64,000 nucleotides of DNA from Deltaproteobacteria bacterium (GTDB lineage Bacteria > Desulfobacterota > Binatia > UBA12015). Position numbers and translations under genes: made by a program. Numbering within the stretch: position 1 is the first letter of the stretch; each line of letters starts with the position of its first letter. The notes beneath the pieces are model-generated. The model did no database searches, had not been told where the DNA came from, and worked only from the letters and a program-made list of their open reading frames with translations. This document shows, piece by piece, positions 1-9,647 of the stretch. The DNA lies in contig VGTG01000005.1 in assembly GCA_016874795.1 (NCBI GenBank), positions 15,393-79,392 on the forward strand, written 5' to 3'.

Positions 1-254
1 CCGGTGAGATGGTCGATCGTCATCGCGGTCATCGCGACGCAAGCGGGCGTCCGCGCGGAGATCTGCACGATGCCGGTGCCGAGCTTGATCTTCTGCGTCT
101 GCGCGCCGATCCAGACGAGCGGCGAGATCGCGTCCGAGCCGTACGCCTCCGCCGTCCACACGGAGTCGAAGCCGAGCTTCTCCGCTTCGATCGCGAGAGG
201 TGCGGGGTTCTGGGGGCCCGTCATCCAGTAGCCGGCCATCAGTCCGAGTTTCAT
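1..254 (-). CDS. Luciferase-like (LLM-family) flavin/F420-dependent oxidoreductase, N-terminal part; the gene runs off the window start.
   Basis: Minus-strand ATG at 252-254 gives [70 protein letters not shown]..., a typical LLM N-terminus. It is absent from the ORF track because no stop lies in the window. Confidence 0.6.
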   Translation of the reverse strand, partial: MKLGLMAGYWMTGPQNPAPLAIEAEKLGFDSVWTAEAYGSDAISPLVWIGAQTQKIKLGTGIVQISARTPACVAMTAMTIDHLT

Positions 255-282
255 GGCTGGATGGCTAGCGAGCCCGGAGCGG

Positions 283-495
283 TCAGTCGAGGGTGAGGAC
301 GACGTCGTTCTCCTTGACGTGCGCTCCCCTCTCGACCGCGACGCTCGAGACCGTGCCGGCGCGCGGCGCGACGACGGGGATCTCGATCTTCATCGACTCG
401 ACGACGACGAGCTCCTGCTCGGCGGTGACGGCGTCGCCGGCGGAGACGAGGACTTCGAGGACGACGCCGACGGCGGGGCTCTTGATCTCGGTCAT
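283..495 (-). CDS. Small biotin/lipoyl attachment-domain protein (biotin carboxyl carrier-like), about 70 aa.
   Basis: The C-terminal 70 aa of ORF 283..741 read [12 protein letters not shown]...[14 protein letters not shown]...; the E-S-M-K-I motif is the canonical biotinyl-lysine site. The ATG falls at 493-495; the upstream ORF extension is Arg-rich noise. Confidence 0.75.
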   Translation of the reverse strand: MTEIKSPAVGVVLEVLVSAGDAVTAEQELVVVESMKIEIPVVAPRAGTVSSVAVERGAHVKENDVVLTLD

Positions 496-581
496 CGTGC
501 CTCCTTTGCAGACGCGTCCGCCGGTGTCACGAGCAGGGCGCGCCGTGGCCGGTCTCGGACCGCCGTGGCATACTCGATCGG

Positions 582-2165
582 ATGATGGGCGCCCCCGATC
601 CGCACGCTCGGCGTTCTCTGCTCGCGGGCTGGATCGCGATCGCCGTCGTCGCGGCGCTCCTCGCGGCGTCGATCGTCTGGATGGCGGCGCGCGAAGCACT
701 CGCGCCGCCGTCGGCGGAGCGCGCGCCTGCACGAGGTCCATCGATCGTGCTCGTCCTGATCGACACGCTCCGCGCCGACTATCTCGGTACGTACGGCTTC
801 GCCGGAGACGTCTCGCCGCGAATCGATCGGTTCGCGCAGGAAGCGATCGTCTTCGAGAACGCGTTCAGCCAGGCGCCGTGGACGAAGCCGTCGATCGCGA
901 CGCTCTTCACGTCGCTCCATCCGAAGCAGCACGGCGTGAGCGCGCACGGAAGCCAGTTCCTCACGGAGACCGGTGCGGAGCTGCGCGCGAGCGCGCTGCC
1001 GCGCCGTGCGCTCACCCTCGCCGAGGGCCTGCGCCGCGCCGGCTACGAGACGGCGGCGTTCGTCGCGAACCCGTGGATCCGCCAGGGCTTGGGCTTCGCG
1101 CAGGGCTTCGACACGTTCGAGGAAGAGACCGGTGCGACACCCGTCTTCGCGGACGCGATCCTCGCGAAGGCGCGGAAGTGGCTCGCGGAGCGCTCCAGCG
1201 AGAAGCCGTTCTTCCTCTACCTCCACTTCATGGACATCCACGGTCCGTACGATCCGCCCGCGGACGACGTTCGCGCCGTGCAGGACAGCGGGAGCCTCGG
1301 CGCGCGGCGCGCGCTTCGCCGCGAGGAGCTCGACAGGCGGCGCGGCTACCTGATGAAGGCGCCGTGGACGACGCGTCCCGAAGGCCGCCGCCTCGAGACC
1401 TGGCGCGGACGCTACGCCGCGGGCGTGCGAGCGCTCGATCGCGAGATCGGCGGGTTCCTCGACGATCTCGCCGCGCGCGGCCTGCTCGACGATTCCGTCG
1501 TCGTGATCACGTCCGACCACGGCGAGGAGCTGCTCGATCACGGCGACTTCGACCACGGCAACACGCTCTACGACGAGCAGATCCACGTGCCGCTCGTCGT
1601 GCGGCTGCCCGGAGGCGCCGGGGGCGGGCGGCGTATCGACGACGTCGTCGGGCTGATCGACGTGATGCCGACGCTCCTCGGTCTCGCCGGGAGCGAGGTC
1701 TCGCCGAAGCTCGCCGGACGGGACCTCGGTGTCCTGCTCGAGGGAAAGAGCTTCGCCGGCTCCGAGATCGCGATCTCCGCGGGCGTCAAGCGGCGGCCGG
1801 AGCTCGAGTCGGTGCGCACGCGGACGCACAAGCTCGTGCGCGACGGCAAGACGGGCGAGACGGCGCTCTTCGATCTCGCCGCGGATCCCGGCGAGTCGCG
1901 CGACCTCTCGGCGACCGCGCCGCAGGTCCGCGCCGCTCTCGAGAAGGCGCTCTCCGTGCACGGCGCCGAGATCGCTCGCAGCCCGATTCTCGAGAAGCGC
2001 CGCGCACGCGTGGGCCGGCGGACGGCCGACAAGCTCCGCTCCCTCGGCTACCTCGAGGACGAGGTCTCGCAGGGCTCCGCCGCGCACGCTAGGACGAATC
2101 CGCCAGAGCCCGCCGCACCGGCAGACGAAGAAGTGCGAAGGACGCAGGAGAAGGAGCAGCCGTGA
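582..2165 (+). CDS. Sulfatase-like hydrolase/transferase (alkaline-phosphatase superfamily), N-terminal membrane anchor.
   Basis: [23 protein letters not shown] and [19 protein letters not shown] motifs. The canonical C/S-x-P-x-R formylglycine motif is replaced by APWTKPS, suggesting a Thr nucleophile (LtaS/EptA-like rather than a true sulfatase). Confidence 0.8.
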   Translation: MMGAPDPHARRSLLAGWIAIAVVAALLAASIVWMAAREALAPPSAERAPARGPSIVLVLIDTLRADYLGTYGFAGDVSPRIDRFAQEAIVFENAFSQAPWTKPSIATLFTSLHPKQHGVSAHGSQFLTETGAELRASALPRRALTLAEGLRRAGYETAAFVANPWIRQGLGFAQGFDTFEEETGATPVFADAILAKARKWLAERSSEKPFFLYLHFMDIHGPYDPPADDVRAVQDSGSLGARRALRREELDRRRGYLMKAPWTTRPEGRRLETWRGRYAAGVRALDREIGGFLDDLAARGLLDDSVVVITSDHGEELLDHGDFDHGNTLYDEQIHVPLVVRLPGGAGGGRRIDDVVGLIDVMPTLLGLAGSEVSPKLAGRDLGVLLEGKSFAGSEIAISAGVKRRPELESVRTRTHKLVRDGKTGETALFDLAADPGESRDLSATAPQVRAALEKALSVHGAEIARSPILEKRRARVGRRTADKLRSLGYLEDEVSQGSAAHARTNPPEPAAPADEEVRRTQEKEQP

Positions 2166-3271
2166 AGGTACGAGCCGCCGTCGCCCACGAGGCCGGCAAG
2201 CCGCTCTCGATCGAGACCGTCGATCTCGAAGGGCCGCGCGCGGGTGAGGTCCTGGTCGAGATCAAGGCGACCGGCGTCTGCCACACCGACGCGTTCACGC
2301 TCTCCGGAGCCGATCCCGAGGGGCTCTTCCCGGCGATCCTCGGCCACGAGGGCGCGGGGATCGTGCGCGAGGTCGGCGCCGGCGTGACGAGCGTCGCGGC
2401 GGGCGACCACGTGATCCCGCTCTATACGCCCGAGTGCCGGCAGTGCGAGTACTGCATCTCGGGACGGACGAATCTCTGCCAGGCGATCCGCGCGACGCAG
2501 GGACGCGGCGTGATGCCGGACGGGACGAGCCGCTTCTCGTGCGGCGGCACGACGCTGCACCACTACATGGGCACGTCGACCTTCGCGAGCTTCGTCGTGC
2601 TGCCGGAGATCGCCGTCGCGAAGATCCGGAAGGACGCTCCGTTCGACAAGGTCTGCTACATCGGCTGCGGCGTCACGACCGGCGTCGGCGCGGTCATCAA
2701 CACGGCGAAGGTCCGTCCCGGAGACAACGTCGTCGTGTTCGGGCTCGGCGGCATCGGGCTGAACGTCATCCAGGGAGCGCGCATGGTCGGCGCCGGGATG
2801 ATCGTCGGCGTCGACGTGAACGTGACGAAGCGCCCGCTCGCCGAGAAGCTCGGCATGACGCACTTCGTGAATCCGAAGGAGGTCGAGGGCGACCTCGTGC
2901 CGTACCTCGTCGACCTGACGCGCGGCGGCGCGGACTACAGCTTCGAGTGCATCGGGAACGTCGCGATGATGCGTCAAGCGCTCGAGTGCTGCCACAAGGG
3001 CTGGGGCGAGAGCGTGATCATCGGCGTCGCGCCCGCGGGCGCGGAGATCGCGACGCGGCCGTTCCAGCTCGTCACGGGACGCGTCTGGCGCGGCACCGCC
3101 TTCGGCGGAGCGAAGGGGCGCACGGACGTGCCGAAGATCGTCGACTGGTACATGGAAGGGCGGATCAACATCGACGACCTGATCACCCACACGATGCCGC
3201 TCGACGACATCAACCGGGCGTTCGACCTGATGCACGACGGCGAATCCATTCGCAGCGTCGTGGTGTATTGA
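2162..3271 (+). CDS. frmA: S-(hydroxymethyl)glutathione dehydrogenase / class III alcohol dehydrogenase.
   Basis: [31 protein letters not shown], Zn-ligand Cys cluster [15 protein letters not shown], and GLGGIGL Rossmann motif; 369 aa. The GTG start overlaps the upstream stop (GTGA). Confidence 0.9.
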   Translation: MKVRAAVAHEAGKPLSIETVDLEGPRAGEVLVEIKATGVCHTDAFTLSGADPEGLFPAILGHEGAGIVREVGAGVTSVAAGDHVIPLYTPECRQCEYCISGRTNLCQAIRATQGRGVMPDGTSRFSCGGTTLHHYMGTSTFASFVVLPEIAVAKIRKDAPFDKVCYIGCGVTTGVGAVINTAKVRPGDNVVVFGLGGIGLNVIQGARMVGAGMIVGVDVNVTKRPLAEKLGMTHFVNPKEVEGDLVPYLVDLTRGGADYSFECIGNVAMMRQALECCHKGWGESVIIGVAPAGAEIATRPFQLVTGRVWRGTAFGGAKGRTDVPKIVDWYMEGRINIDDLITHTMPLDDINRAFDLMHDGESIRSVVVY

Positions 3272-3420
3272 AGCGAGGGGGCGCCGCCCCCTCGCCGAGG
3301 CCGCGGCCAAGCCGCAGCCTCTCCACTCCCCCGCAAGCCCGCAGCACCGGCCGCGCGCTGCGCGCGCGGAGGTTCGAGGACCCCGGAAACCTGTTACAGA
3401 GGACACGACAAGGAGAGCAC

Positions 3421-4287
3421 ATGGCAGGCCGACTCGAGGGCAAGGTGGCCGTCGTCACGGGCGGCGCGAGCGGAATCGGACGCGCGACGGTGCTGCGCTT
3501 CCTCTCGGAGGGCGCGCGCGTCGTCGCCGCCGACCTGAACGCCGCGACCGGCGAGGAGACGCTCGAGCTGGCGCGGCGCGCGGGCGCGGGTGATCGCGTC
3601 CGCTTCACGCGGGCGGACGTCGCGGACGAGCCGCAGGTCGCGGCGATGGTCGCTCTCGCGAAGAAGGACTTCGGCCGGCTCGACTGCATCTTCAACAACG
3701 CCGGAGTCGCCGGCGCGTTCGGGCCGATCACCGAGATCGACGTCGCCGACTGGGACTACTCCTTTGCGGTCCTCGTGCGCGGCGTGTTCCTCGGCATGAA
3801 GCACGCGACGCGCGTGCTGAAGGAGCAGGGGCAGGGCGGCGCGATCATCAACACGGCTTCGATCGCCGGGCTCGCGGGCGGCGACGGACCGCAGGCGTAC
3901 TCCGCGGCCAAGGCCGCGGTGATCAACTTGACGCGCGCCGTCGCGGTCGAGCTCGCTCCCGAGCGCATCCGCGCGAACGCGATCTGCCCGGGCGCGATCC
4001 TGACGCCGCTGCTCCACCGCGGCAACGCGGACGGCATGCGCCCGCAGCTCGAGAGCTATCAGCCGTGGCCGGAAGCCGGTCAGCCCGAGCACATCGCGTC
4101 GGCGGCGTTGTTTCTCGCGAGCGACGACGCCGCGTTCATCACGGGAGAGGCGCTCGTCGTCGACGGCGGCGCGACCGCGAAGGGCGGCAACGCGCTCCAG
4201 CACCTCGGCGGTGCCGCGCTGTCGGCGCTCGGCACCGGCGTCGATCGCGGCACGACCGGCGAAGAAAACAGCTTCCGTTCGCTGTAG
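3421..4287 (+). CDS. SDR-family oxidoreductase (short-chain dehydrogenase/reductase).
   Basis: MAGRLEGKVAVVTGGASGIGRA (TGxxxGxG), NNAG, and the YSAAKAA catalytic motif. ATG at 3421 is preceded by AAGGAGAG. The upstream part of track ORF 2434..4287 is noise. Confidence 0.85.
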   Translation: MAGRLEGKVAVVTGGASGIGRATVLRFLSEGARVVAADLNAATGEETLELARRAGAGDRVRFTRADVADEPQVAAMVALAKKDFGRLDCIFNNAGVAGAFGPITEIDVADWDYSFAVLVRGVFLGMKHATRVLKEQGQGGAIINTASIAGLAGGDGPQAYSAAKAAVINLTRAVAVELAPERIRANAICPGAILTPLLHRGNADGMRPQLESYQPWPEAGQPEHIASAALFLASDDAAFITGEALVVDGGATAKGGNALQHLGGAALSALGTGVDRGTTGEENSFRSL

Positions 4288-4301
4288 GTCCGCGCTTCCT
4301 C

Positions 4302-6056
4302 CTATTCGAGCAGGCCCGCCGGCTCGTCGAGGAAGGCGCGGCAGGGGGAGCCGCACGCCATCGCCTGTCCCGCATTCTGCGCGCCCGGGCTCCGCGTGTT
4401 GCTCGGGCAGGCGAGACCCTGCTGACCCTGGCAGATGAAAGCGCCGAGCTCGCTCGGGTCGCTCCACTCCGATCCGCCGGTCGCACGCATCAGGGTGCTC
4501 GACTTCTTGATGATCGAGACGCCCGCGAGCCAGCCCTCGTCGCGCTCGGCGACGTACGGCGGGTTCACGTGGAAGAAGGGACCGAACGTTCCCGCGTTCG
4601 CCACGACGCCCTCGTAGCTGACCGCGTCGACGTAGCCGTTCGACGGGTCGAGAATCAGGATCCCGTCGGGGCAGCTCGTGCCGCCGTTCAGCAGGTCGCC
4701 GTTCTTCAGGTTCGAGTCCGCGGCGGGCGCCGGGAAGACGAAGTCGCACTTGCCGGCCGCGACGACCGTCGCCGAGGTGCTCGTGAAGCACGCGACGTAG
4801 AATCCGACACCCGTCCCGGTGTCGTCGGGCAAGACGGTGCCGTTCGGGACCGTCGCGACGAAGTGGGCGTCGCCGGCGTTGTTGAAGAACGGCGTGCCGC
4901 ACTGTCCGCCGGCGCCCTCGACCGAGACGAGTTTGTAGCCGCTGAGATCCAGGCCGGCAGGTCCGGCGATCTCGACGAACTCGTCGCGATCGTCGTTCGG
5001 GAAGCCGAAGAAGTCGTCGTAGTCGAACTCGTTGACCCACGGCAGGAGGTACTCGCCCGCGCACGTCCCGCCCGAGCACGAGTCGTTGAGCGTGCAGCCG
5101 TCGAGGTCGTTGCACGGGTTGCCGTTCGGCGTGTGGACGCAGGTGCCCGTCGCGTTGCAGATGTCGTCGGTGCAGACGTTCAGATCGCTGGCACACGAGC
5201 TGCCCGCCGCCTCGAAGTCGCAGACCGAGTTGCAGCAGTCGCCGTTCGCGAGGTTGTCGTCGTCGCACTGCTCACCGGCGTCGAGGATGCCGTCGCCGCA
5301 GACCTCGAGCGTGCAGTCGCTCCGGCAGCCGTCGCCGCTCTGCAGGTCGCCGTCGTCGCACTGCTCGCCTGCCGTCTGGATGCCGTTGCCGCAGCCGGTC
5401 TCGGTGCAGTTCGAGTCGCAGCCGTCACCGTTCTGCAGGTCGCCGTCGTCGCACTCCTCGCCGCCCTCCTCGATGCCGTTGCCGCAGGTCTCGACGCAGG
5501 GCTTCGTCGGTCCCTTTGCCTTGACGAGGTCGATCGCGTTCTTCTTGGACGTGGTCGGCGGCGTCTCCCATCGCCCGCAGTAGGTGCTGGAGCCGATCGT
5601 GAGGCGCGTCTCGATCCAGTCGACCGGGCCGGAGATCGCGTCGTTCGAGTAGGGCGAGCCCTTCAGGGATCCCTTCAGGAGCGTGAAGCCGACCCGGAGC
5701 GAGCTGACGCCGCCGGGACCGCCGGCCGGTCCCTTGTACGAGAAGCCGGTGCCCGCGGCGCGCCAGCTCGCGCACGGCAGCGTGACGGGCGCGTTCACGT
5801 CCTCCGACGTGATGATCTGCAGGGAGGACGCGGCGCCGCCGGCGCACGTCGGATTCCCGAAGCCGAGGATCGCCGGATCGCGGAACGTGAACTTCAGCAG
5901 GTCCTTCGCCGCATCGGACTTGTTGCGCGCGGTGAGCGACTTGCCGCCGAGCACGTCGACGAACGCGGCCGCCGGAGCGACGATCGCGAGAAGCGACGCG
6001 GCGACGAGTGGAAGCGTGACGGCGACGAGGATCCGAAGCGGGCGCTGGTTCGGCAT
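4302..6056 (-). CDS. Secreted protein with four Myxococcus-type cysteine-rich repeats and a lamin-tail-like domain.
   Basis: Signal peptide MPNQRPLRILVAVTLPLVAASLLAIVAPAAA with GGAGG upstream. Four repeats follow the pattern CGNG(I/V)xExGExCDDG(D/N)xxxGDGC(D/R)SxC. Downstream EFVEIAGPAGLDLSGYKL is LTD-like. Start set at the internal ATG that carries an RBS and a signal peptide. Confidence 0.75.
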   Translation of the reverse strand: MPNQRPLRILVAVTLPLVAASLLAIVAPAAAFVDVLGGKSLTARNKSDAAKDLLKFTFRDPAILGFGNPTCAGGAASSLQIITSEDVNAPVTLPCASWRAAGTGFSYKGPAGGPGGVSSLRVGFTLLKGSLKGSPYSNDAISGPVDWIETRLTIGSSTYCGRWETPPTTSKKNAIDLVKAKGPTKPCVETCGNGIEEGGEECDDGDLQNGDGCDSNCTETGCGNGIQTAGEQCDDGDLQSGDGCRSDCTLEVCGDGILDAGEQCDDDNLANGDCCNSVCDFEAAGSSCASDLNVCTDDICNATGTCVHTPNGNPCNDLDGCTLNDSCSGGTCAGEYLLPWVNEFDYDDFFGFPNDDRDEFVEIAGPAGLDLSGYKLVSVEGAGGQCGTPFFNNAGDAHFVATVPNGTVLPDDTGTGVGFYVACFTSTSATVVAAGKCDFVFPAPAADSNLKNGDLLNGGTSCPDGILILDPSNGYVDAVSYEGVVANAGTFGPFFHVNPPYVAERDEGWLAGVSIIKKSSTLMRATGGSEWSDPSELGAFICQGQQGLACPSNTRSPGAQNAGQAMACGSPCRAFLDEPAGLLE

Positions 6057-6150
6057 GATCCCTCCTGAGCCAGAGGTCGGGTTTCCGTACGGCGTACGGC
6101 CACCGCATGTCACATCCCGGCGCGTCGTGCTAGACGCAGCGCACGCCTTT

Positions 6151-6897
6151 TCACATGTGCGCGCCGCCGTTCGGGCTCAGGACCTGGCCCGTGCAGAACC
6201 CGGCTGCGTCGGAGACGAGGTACGCGCACGCCTCGGCGATGTCGTCGGGCCGTCCCATCCTCTGCACCGGAAGCTGCGCGACCGCCTTGTCGTAGAGGCC
6301 CGGCGGCGCGCCGGCCATGCGGATGAGGGGCGTGTCGATCAGGCCCGGGGCGAGGGCGTTGACGGTGATGCCGACGGGTCCGAGCTCTCGCGCGAGCGCC
6401 TTGGTGAACCCGATGATCCCCGCCTTGGCGGCCGCGTAGTGCGTCAAGCCGGGTCCGCCGCCGTTCAGAGCCGCGGCCGAGGAGACGTTGACGATGCGCC
6501 CGAAGCCGGCCGCCTGGAGATCCGGAAGGACGAGGCGACAGCAGCGCACCGTCCCGCGCAGGTGGACGTCGAGCATCCGGTCGAATCGCTCCTCCGTCAT
6601 CTCGGAGAGTGGAGCGAAGTCGGCGATCCCGGCGCAGTTCACGAGGATGTGGATCGGTCCGAGCTCCGTGCGAGCGCGATCGAAGGCCGCCTCGAGCGTC
6701 GGCGTTTGCGTGACGTCCGCCGCGACGCCGATCGAGCGCCGTCCGAGCGCGCGGATCTCGGCGGCGACCTTCTCCGCCTCGGCCTCGCGGAGATCGAGCA
6801 CCGCGACGTCGGCGCCGTCGCGCGCGAGTCGCCGCCCGATCGCGCGTCCGATGCCCGACGCCCCTCCCGTGACGACGGCATTTCGTTCGCGAGCCAT
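6151..6897 (-). CDS. SDR-family oxidoreductase (FabG/3-oxoacyl-reductase-like).
   Basis: AVVTGGASGIGRA, NCAG, and YAAAKAGIIGFTKALA motifs; 248 aa. Confidence 0.85.
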   Translation of the reverse strand: MARERNAVVTGGASGIGRAIGRRLARDGADVAVLDLREAEAEKVAAEIRALGRRSIGVAADVTQTPTLEAAFDRARTELGPIHILVNCAGIADFAPLSEMTEERFDRMLDVHLRGTVRCCRLVLPDLQAAGFGRIVNVSSAAALNGGGPGLTHYAAAKAGIIGFTKALARELGPVGITVNALAPGLIDTPLIRMAGAPPGLYDKAVAQLPVQRMGRPDDIAEACAYLVSDAAGFCTGQVLSPNGGAHM

Positions 6898-6901
6898 GCG
6901 T

Positions 6902-7669
6902 CTACTCGAACTTGCCGTGGCGGCCCGCGCCGGCCGCGAAGCGGCTCGCGCCCGCCAGCGTCTCGCCGGAGCGGATCACGTCCATTCCGAGCCGCGTCTC
7001 GTTGCGCAGCGCTTCGGCGAGGTCGAGGTCCCACTGCCGGTAGGACGAGAGGCGATCGTTCCGCATGCAGAGCTGCGGAAAGCGTGCGATCTGCCCTGCG
7101 AGCTCCTTCGCTGCCGCAAGCGCCCGTCCCGACTCGACGATCCGGTTCGCGAGGCCCATGCGAAGCGCTTCCTCGCCGGAGACGCCCCGTCCCGTCAAGA
7201 TCAGGTCGAGAGCGTGGCTGTGGCCGAGCATGCGCGAGAGACGCACCGTCCCGCCGTCGACGAGCGGCACGCCCCAGCGGCGACAGTAGACGCCGAAGAC
7301 CGCATCGCTCGCGGCGACGCGCAGGTCGCACCAGATCGCGAGCTCGAGACCGCCGGCGACCGCGAATCCCTCGACCGCGGCGATCGTCGGCTTCGGGAGG
7401 AGGAAGCGCGTCGGCCCCATCGGCCCGTCGCCGTCGACGCGGACGGCGTTGCCGCGGCCGTCCGAGACGCCCTTCAGGTCCGCGCCCGCGCAGAACGTCC
7501 CGTCCGCTCCCGTCAGGATCGCGACGGAGAGCGCCTCGTCGGCGGCGAAGCGGCGGAACGCGGCGGCGAGCTCGACCGCGGTCGGTCCGTCGACGGCGTT
7601 CCGCACCTGGGGCCGGTCGATCGTGATGATCGCGATCGATTCCTCGGTCTCGAAGCGAACGTTGCTCAC
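6902..7669 (-). CDS. Enoyl-CoA hydratase/isomerase (crotonase family).
   Basis: IAIITIDRPQVRNA, FCAGADLK, and AAVEGFAVAGGLELAIWCD crotonase signatures; 255 aa. Confidence 0.85.
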   Translation of the reverse strand: MSNVRFETEESIAIITIDRPQVRNAVDGPTAVELAAAFRRFAADEALSVAILTGADGTFCAGADLKGVSDGRGNAVRVDGDGPMGPTRFLLPKPTIAAVEGFAVAGGLELAIWCDLRVAASDAVFGVYCRRWGVPLVDGGTVRLSRMLGHSHALDLILTGRGVSGEEALRMGLANRIVESGRALAAAKELAGQIARFPQLCMRNDRLSSYRQWDLDLAEALRNETRLGMDVIRSGETLAGASRFAAGAGRHGKFE

Positions 7670-8559
7670 GCGTTACCACCTTTCTTGCCCGTCTTGCCCG
7701 TCCGGGGACGGCTGCCGTAGTCGCCGAACGGATCGTCGCGCTCGCGCACCGCCTGCCGGAAGCCGACGTCGCCCGCGCGATCGACGAAGTCGAGCCCTTC
7801 CTGCGTGTGGCGCGCGATGCCGTCGAAGAGCGTCCCGAGGGTGCGGCTCGAAGCGAGCCCCATGTTCTCCGCCGTCTGATTGCAGAGGAGCTTCAGCATG
7901 ACGAGCTGGTTCGTCGGCACGCGCGCCATGCGCTCGGCGAGAGCGATCGCGTGCGATTCGAGCTTCTCGTCCGGCACGCACTCGAGGATCAAACCGATCT
8001 CGACGGCCTTCGGCGCGGTGATCTCGTCCCCCGTCAGGAGGTAGCGCTTCGCCTGCTCGAGACCCATGCGATAGACCCACATCGCGGTCGTCGGCGTCCC
8101 CCAGACGCGCGAAGGTGGGTAGCCGAAGCTCGCACCCTCCGCGGCGACGATCAGGTCCGCGCAGAGGACCATGTCGGTGCCGCCTCCGATGCACCAGCCC
8201 TGCACGGCCGCGATCACCGGCTTCCGCGCGTACCAGAGCTTCATGTACGTCTCGACGAAGCGGCCCATCATGCGGAGGTCCGCGACCGAGTCCCACACGC
8301 GGCCCGTCGGCGCGGCGGCGCCTTCGCTCTCCTTCGCCTGCGCGGCGGTCGACCAGTCGAGGCCGTAACCGGCGCAGAAGGCCGGCCCCTCGGCGCGCAG
8401 GAGGAGGACGTGCGCCTCGCGTTCGGCATCGCCCTCGTCGATCGCGGCGGCAAGCTCGTCGCGGAGCGCGGGCGTGATGGTGTTGTACTCCTTCGGGCGC
8501 GACAGCGTGATGTGGTGCACGCCGTTCCTCGTCTCGGTACGAAGCGTGGTGCCTTGCAT
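7666..8559 (-). CDS. Enoyl-CoA hydratase-related protein (crotonase superfamily).
   Basis: HHITLSRPKEYN, FCAGYGLD, and AAVQGWCIGGGTDMVLCADL motifs. Overlaps the downstream hydratase by 4 bp, consistent with an operon. Confidence 0.8.
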   Translation of the reverse strand: MQGTTLRTETRNGVHHITLSRPKEYNTITPALRDELAAAIDEGDAEREAHVLLLRAEGPAFCAGYGLDWSTAAQAKESEGAAAPTGRVWDSVADLRMMGRFVETYMKLWYARKPVIAAVQGWCIGGGTDMVLCADLIVAAEGASFGYPPSRVWGTPTTAMWVYRMGLEQAKRYLLTGDEITAPKAVEIGLILECVPDEKLESHAIALAERMARVPTNQLVMLKLLCNQTAENMGLASSRTLGTLFDGIARHTQEGLDFVDRAGDVGFRQAVRERDDPFGDYGSRPRTGKTGKKGGNA

Positions 8560-8628
8560 GCGGCATTCCCTCCAGAGGCGGTCGTGCGTGCGTTAATCGA
8601 AGCGCTGCGCGAGGCGCAAGGCTAGCCG

Positions 8629-9489
8629 ATGGCGCTCGACGTGGAGATCCTCCTTCTCGTCCTCCTCGCGGCGGGGATGCATGCGACGTGGAACGCACTC
8701 GTCAAGGTGAGCGGCGACCCCCTCCTGACGCAGACCACGATCATCACGACCGGCTCGATCCTGGCGCTCACGATCGCTCCGTTCGTGCCGGCGCCGGCTC
8801 CGGCGAGCTGGCCGTTCCTCTTCGCGAGCGTCGCGATCCACAATCTCTATTTCCTGTTCCTCCTGCGCGCGTACCGGCACGGGGATTTTTCGCAGGTCTA
8901 TCCGATCGCGCGCGGCTCCTCGCCGCTGATCGTCGGTCTCCTCTCGGGGCCGCTCGTCGGGGAGACGCTCTCGTGGCCGCAGCTCGGCGGCCTCCTGCTG
9001 GTTGCGTTCGGGATCGCGAGCCTCGCGGGCGTCGGGCGATCGCGCGGCGTCGCCGAGGGGCCGGCGGTGCTCTACGCGCTCGCCTGCGGGCTCTCGATCG
9101 GGGCCTTCTCCCTCGTCGACGGGATCGGCGTCCGCCGCGCGGGAGGCGGCTTCTCGTTCGCCGTCTGGCTCACCGCGCTCGAGTTCATCCCGATCGTGGC
9201 CTACACGGCGATCCGGCGGAGCCGAGGGATCGTCCCGTTTCTACGAGTGAGTGGGCGAGTCGCGGCGGCAGGCGGCGTGCTCGCGGCGGTCTCGTACACG
9301 CTGATCATCTGGGCGTACACGCAGGGGCCGATCGCGCCGATCGCGCCGATCGCGGCCCTGCGGGAGACGAGCGTCGTCATGGCCGCGCTGATCGGAGCGG
9401 CCCGCTTCGGCGAGCCCTTTGGCATCCGCCGCGTCGCGGCGGCCGTGGTCGTCGTGCTCGGCGTCGCGCTCCTGAATGGAGCGTGGTGA
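8629..9489 (+). CDS. EamA/DMT-family transporter (10 predicted TM helices).
   Basis: Two EamA-like hydrophobic repeats (WNALVKVSGDPL...; ...LIIWAYTQGPIAPIA); ATG at 8629. Confidence 0.8.
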   Translation: MALDVEILLLVLLAAGMHATWNALVKVSGDPLLTQTTIITTGSILALTIAPFVPAPAPASWPFLFASVAIHNLYFLFLLRAYRHGDFSQVYPIARGSSPLIVGLLSGPLVGETLSWPQLGGLLLVAFGIASLAGVGRSRGVAEGPAVLYALACGLSIGAFSLVDGIGVRRAGGGFSFAVWLTALEFIPIVAYTAIRRSRGIVPFLRVSGRVAAAGGVLAAVSYTLIIWAYTQGPIAPIAPIAALRETSVVMAALIGAARFGEPFGIRRVAAAVVVVLGVALLNGAW

Positions 9490-9615
9490 ATCTCGAAAAG
9501 AAGGTTGACGCATCGTCGATCGTGCTTACCGGCATCCTCTCGATCGATCTGCCGAAGGCGGCCGCGAGCCGCGCCCGCAAGGTCGAGGTCAAGGCCGCGT
9601 AGCGAGCGGTCGAAC

Positions 9616-9644
9616 GGGCGGCGCGTCGTCGAGGCGCGCCGCCC
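9616..9644. terminator. Bidirectional GC-rich hairpin between convergent genes.
   Basis: GGGCGGCGCG-tcgtcgag-GCGCGCCGCCC, a 10-11 bp perfect stem located 3' of both the EamA gene (plus strand) and the SIMPL gene (minus strand). Confidence 0.55.
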
Positions 9645-9647
9645 TTC

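Noticed and set aside
293-2092. 599-aa plus-strand ORF and overlapping 531-aa minus-strand ORF (492..2087), extremely Arg/Ala/Gly-rich.
   Set aside because: Alternate-frame or antisense artefacts of 70% GC DNA overlapping the well-supported sulfatase-like gene. They have no domain features and biased RGRA composition.
5683-7626. 647-aa plus-strand ORF; also the 683-aa 15752..17803 and 620-aa upper part of 17813..19675 minus-strand ORFs.
   Set aside because: All are low-complexity Arg/Pro/Ser-rich readings overlapping confidently assigned genes on the other strand or frame.
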